Assembly (NCBI GenBank): GCA_035524755.1
Contig: DATKOD010000006.1
Coordinates: forward strand, 1-46,188
From: Minisyncoccota bacterium
GTDB lineage: Bacteria > Patescibacteriota > Minisyncoccia > 2-02-FULL-40-12 > GWA2-44-9
Length of the DNA stretch: 46,188 nt
Reading direction: 5' to 3'
Position numbers and translations under genes: made by a program. Shown one piece after another: positions 45,094-46,188 of the stretch. The notes under the pieces are model-generated. The model was not told where the DNA came from, made no database searches, and worked only from the letters and a program-made list of their open reading frames with translations. The stretch's first letter is position 1. Each line of letters begins with the position of its first letter.

Positions 45094-45154
45094 CTTGAAC
45101 GGCTCCTGCCCGTAGCAGGCGGGCATTGCGTGAACCGTTCAAGTGTGGTATACC
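45094..45154 (+). promoter_or_regulatory. Nested inverted repeat overlapping a TTGCGT-N17(TGg)-TATACC promoter
   Basis: Outer arms: cttgaacgg (45094-45102) / ccgttcaag (45135-45143). Inner arms: tgcccg (45107-45112) / cgggca (45120-45125). -35 at 45126-45131 and -10 at 45149-45154. Confidence 0.5.
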
Positions 45155-45172
45155 ATGCCCCGGAGGTGACGG

Positions 45173-45451
45173 ATGCTCGAGAGACTCCTCACGCAGCTCG
45201 GCTACGTCCTGGGGGCGTGGGCGGCGTACTTCTGGTGGACCTTGCAGAACCTCCGGAACGGCAACCGGATGGCCCGGCCGGGCACCGTGTTCGTGTGCGG
45301 CGCCTGCGGGAAGCGTTCCCATGACCGGTACGGCACGAAGGCGATCGACCACGGCTGGGACACGTCCTGCATGACCTGGGCTCAGCTGGTCGACGATGAC
45401 TCGCTCATCTTCGACGAGAACGGCCGCGTCGCCCGGGCCGTCGCCGCGTAG
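45173..45451 (+). CDS. Hypothetical small protein (92 aa): N-terminal hydrophobic helix plus a CGACG Cys pair
   Basis: SD GGAGGTGA lies 3 nt before the ATG. LGYVLGAWAAYFWWTL helix. No family recognised. Confidence 0.5.
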   Translation: MLERLLTQLGYVLGAWAAYFWWTLQNLRNGNRMARPGTVFVCGACGKRSHDRYGTKAIDHGWDTSCMTWAQLVDDDSLIFDENGRVARAVAA

Positions 45452-45460
45452 AGGTGAACG

Positions 45461-45817
45461 ATGAAGGCGATCTTCGCTGACGAGATCAAGCCGCAAGACG
45501 TCATCTGCGCCGAGCGGGACGCTGAAATCCACGTGACGTCGGTGGAGACCGACAAACAAGGGTACATCCAGGTGATGGGCAAGCACCTCGGGATGACGAC
45601 CTACCGCACGTACGCCCCGAACCACGTCGTCGGTCTCGTCCACCGGTCGCTGGGCGAAGAAGAGCGCGAAGAAGCGCTCGCCAAGGCCACGCGGCTGTTG
45701 GGCCAGGCCAAGCGCGAGGTCGGCTCCTACGTGCCGTGCAGCGTCGACACCACGAAGTTCGCGGCGCTCATCGACACGCTCCTGGACTACGAGCTCTCCC
45801 GCGACCCGTCGCAGTAG
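45461..45817 (+). CDS. Hypothetical small protein (118 aa); N-terminal domain paralogous to the ORF at 45893
   Basis: SD GAGGTGA lies 3 nt before the ATG. MKAIFADEIKPQDVI...VVGLVHR aligns with MRAMFAREVQVRDVI...VLGLVRR. Confidence 0.5.
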   Translation: MKAIFADEIKPQDVICAERDAEIHVTSVETDKQGYIQVMGKHLGMTTYRTYAPNHVVGLVHRSLGEEEREEALAKATRLLGQAKREVGSYVPCSVDTTKFAALIDTLLDYELSRDPSQ

Positions 45818-45823
45818 TCTCCC

Positions 45824-45856
45824 GACCCCGCCTCTGTGCGGGGTCTTTCCTTTTTC
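45824..45856 (+). terminator. Rho-independent terminator
   Basis: gaccccgc-ctctgt-gcggggtc followed by tttcctttttc. Confidence 0.75.
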
Positions 45857-45860
45857 GAGA

Positions 45861-45895
45861 AAGTGTGGTATGCATAGTTCCGGAGGTGACGGATG
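45861..45895 (+). repeat. Second copy of a 35-nt promoter/RBS cassette (29/35 identical to 45141-45175)
   Basis: aagtgtggtatGcATAgTTccggaggtgacggatg versus aagtgtggtatAcCATgCCccggaggtgacggatg. It contains TGg plus a TAT-type -10, GGAGGTGA and the ATG. Confidence 0.7.
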
Positions 45896-46156
45896 AGGGC
45901 CATGTTCGCACGAGAGGTGCAGGTCAGAGACGTCATCGTCGTGAACGAAGGGCTCGAGGTCACGGTCGCGGGCGTGAACTCGGTGCCCGACATGGCCGCC
46001 TCGCGGAAGGTCACCATCCGCACGGCCAACAAGCTGGAGTTCACCCTCGACGGCAAGACGGTCCTCGGCCTCGTCCGCCGGCCGCAGTCGGAAGGGCAGA
46101 CCGCGGTCCATCCCGAAGTGGACGCCTCCGCGGGTTTCCTGGGCGGCGGATACTAG
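45893..46156 (+). CDS. Hypothetical small protein (87 aa), paralog of the 45461 ORF N-domain
   Basis: SD GGAGGTGA lies 3 nt before the ATG. A hairpin terminator follows. Confidence 0.5.
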   Translation: MRAMFAREVQVRDVIVVNEGLEVTVAGVNSVPDMAASRKVTIRTANKLEFTLDGKTVLGLVRRPQSEGQTAVHPEVDASAGFLGGGY

Positions 46157-46164
46157 CAGCCGGC

Positions 46165-46188
46165 AGGCGGGGATTCGTCCCCGCCTTT
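46165..46188 (+). terminator. Hairpin terminator, T-run cut by the window edge
   Basis: aggcgggga-ttcg-tccccgcct followed by tt at the end of the window. Confidence 0.55.

Noticed and set aside
45062-46111. 349-aa minus-strand ORF spanning the whole post-rpsJ island
   Set aside because: It reads through two promoters, three SD/ATG sites and a terminator hairpin of the plus strand. Its composition (R, D, H, P, G rich) is typical antisense, and no SD or start context was found. Coding on the plus strand is still only moderately supported.

Overview
This is a 46.2-kb, gene-dense stretch of a GC-rich bacterial chromosome. Spot counts of single 60-nt lines give about 52-72% GC; nothing was computed window-wide. 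Deviant 16S signature positions, a 16S gene unlinked from 23S, a split transketolase, a type IV pilus operon plus a short ComEC, and many short lineage-specific ORFs suggest a Patescibacteria/CPR-like small genome. That placement is inference only.

Gene order:
- trmD (5'-truncated), then a stand-alone 16S rRNA with its own promoter, processing stem and terminator.
- SIMPL-family gene, rnhB, gap.
- Transketolase N and C halves, separated by three small Cys-rich membrane ORFs.
- UDG-superfamily gene, tRNA-Ile(GAU) and tRNA-Ala(UGC).
- A large Fn3-like surface protein.
- A minus-strand type IV pilus operon: histidine kinase, CheY-like regulator, receiver-fused PilB ATPase, PilC, three prepilin-type or PilX-like proteins, major pilin.
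- rmuC, a two-gene unknown cassette, and a CBS-domain protein.
- A self-contained module of a DHH/MYG1-like 470-aa protein plus an orphan ParB-fold protein.
- pth, lepB, a HisRS-like gene, HIT, rpsU, yqeY, ybeY, ftsA, ftsZ, nrdJ, comEC, ndk, a cupin, tRNA-Pro(GGG), rpmB, an M50 protease.
- rpsL-rpsG-fusA, a small ORF, tuf, rpsJ. The ribosomal cluster is then cut off by a terminator and an island of small ORFs with duplicated promoter/RBS cassettes.

No CRISPR array, transposase, integrase or reverse transcriptase was recognised.

Most interesting observations:
- the DHH-like + ParB-like module;
- the island interrupting the str/S10 cluster;
- the two-component system with a REC-PilB fusion;
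- a recurrent leaderless-promoter architecture (ten cases);
- the fragmented rRNA operon;
- a HisRS-like protein with degenerate catalytic motifs.

All functional calls come from reading the supplied translations and the DNA by eye. No database search was run.
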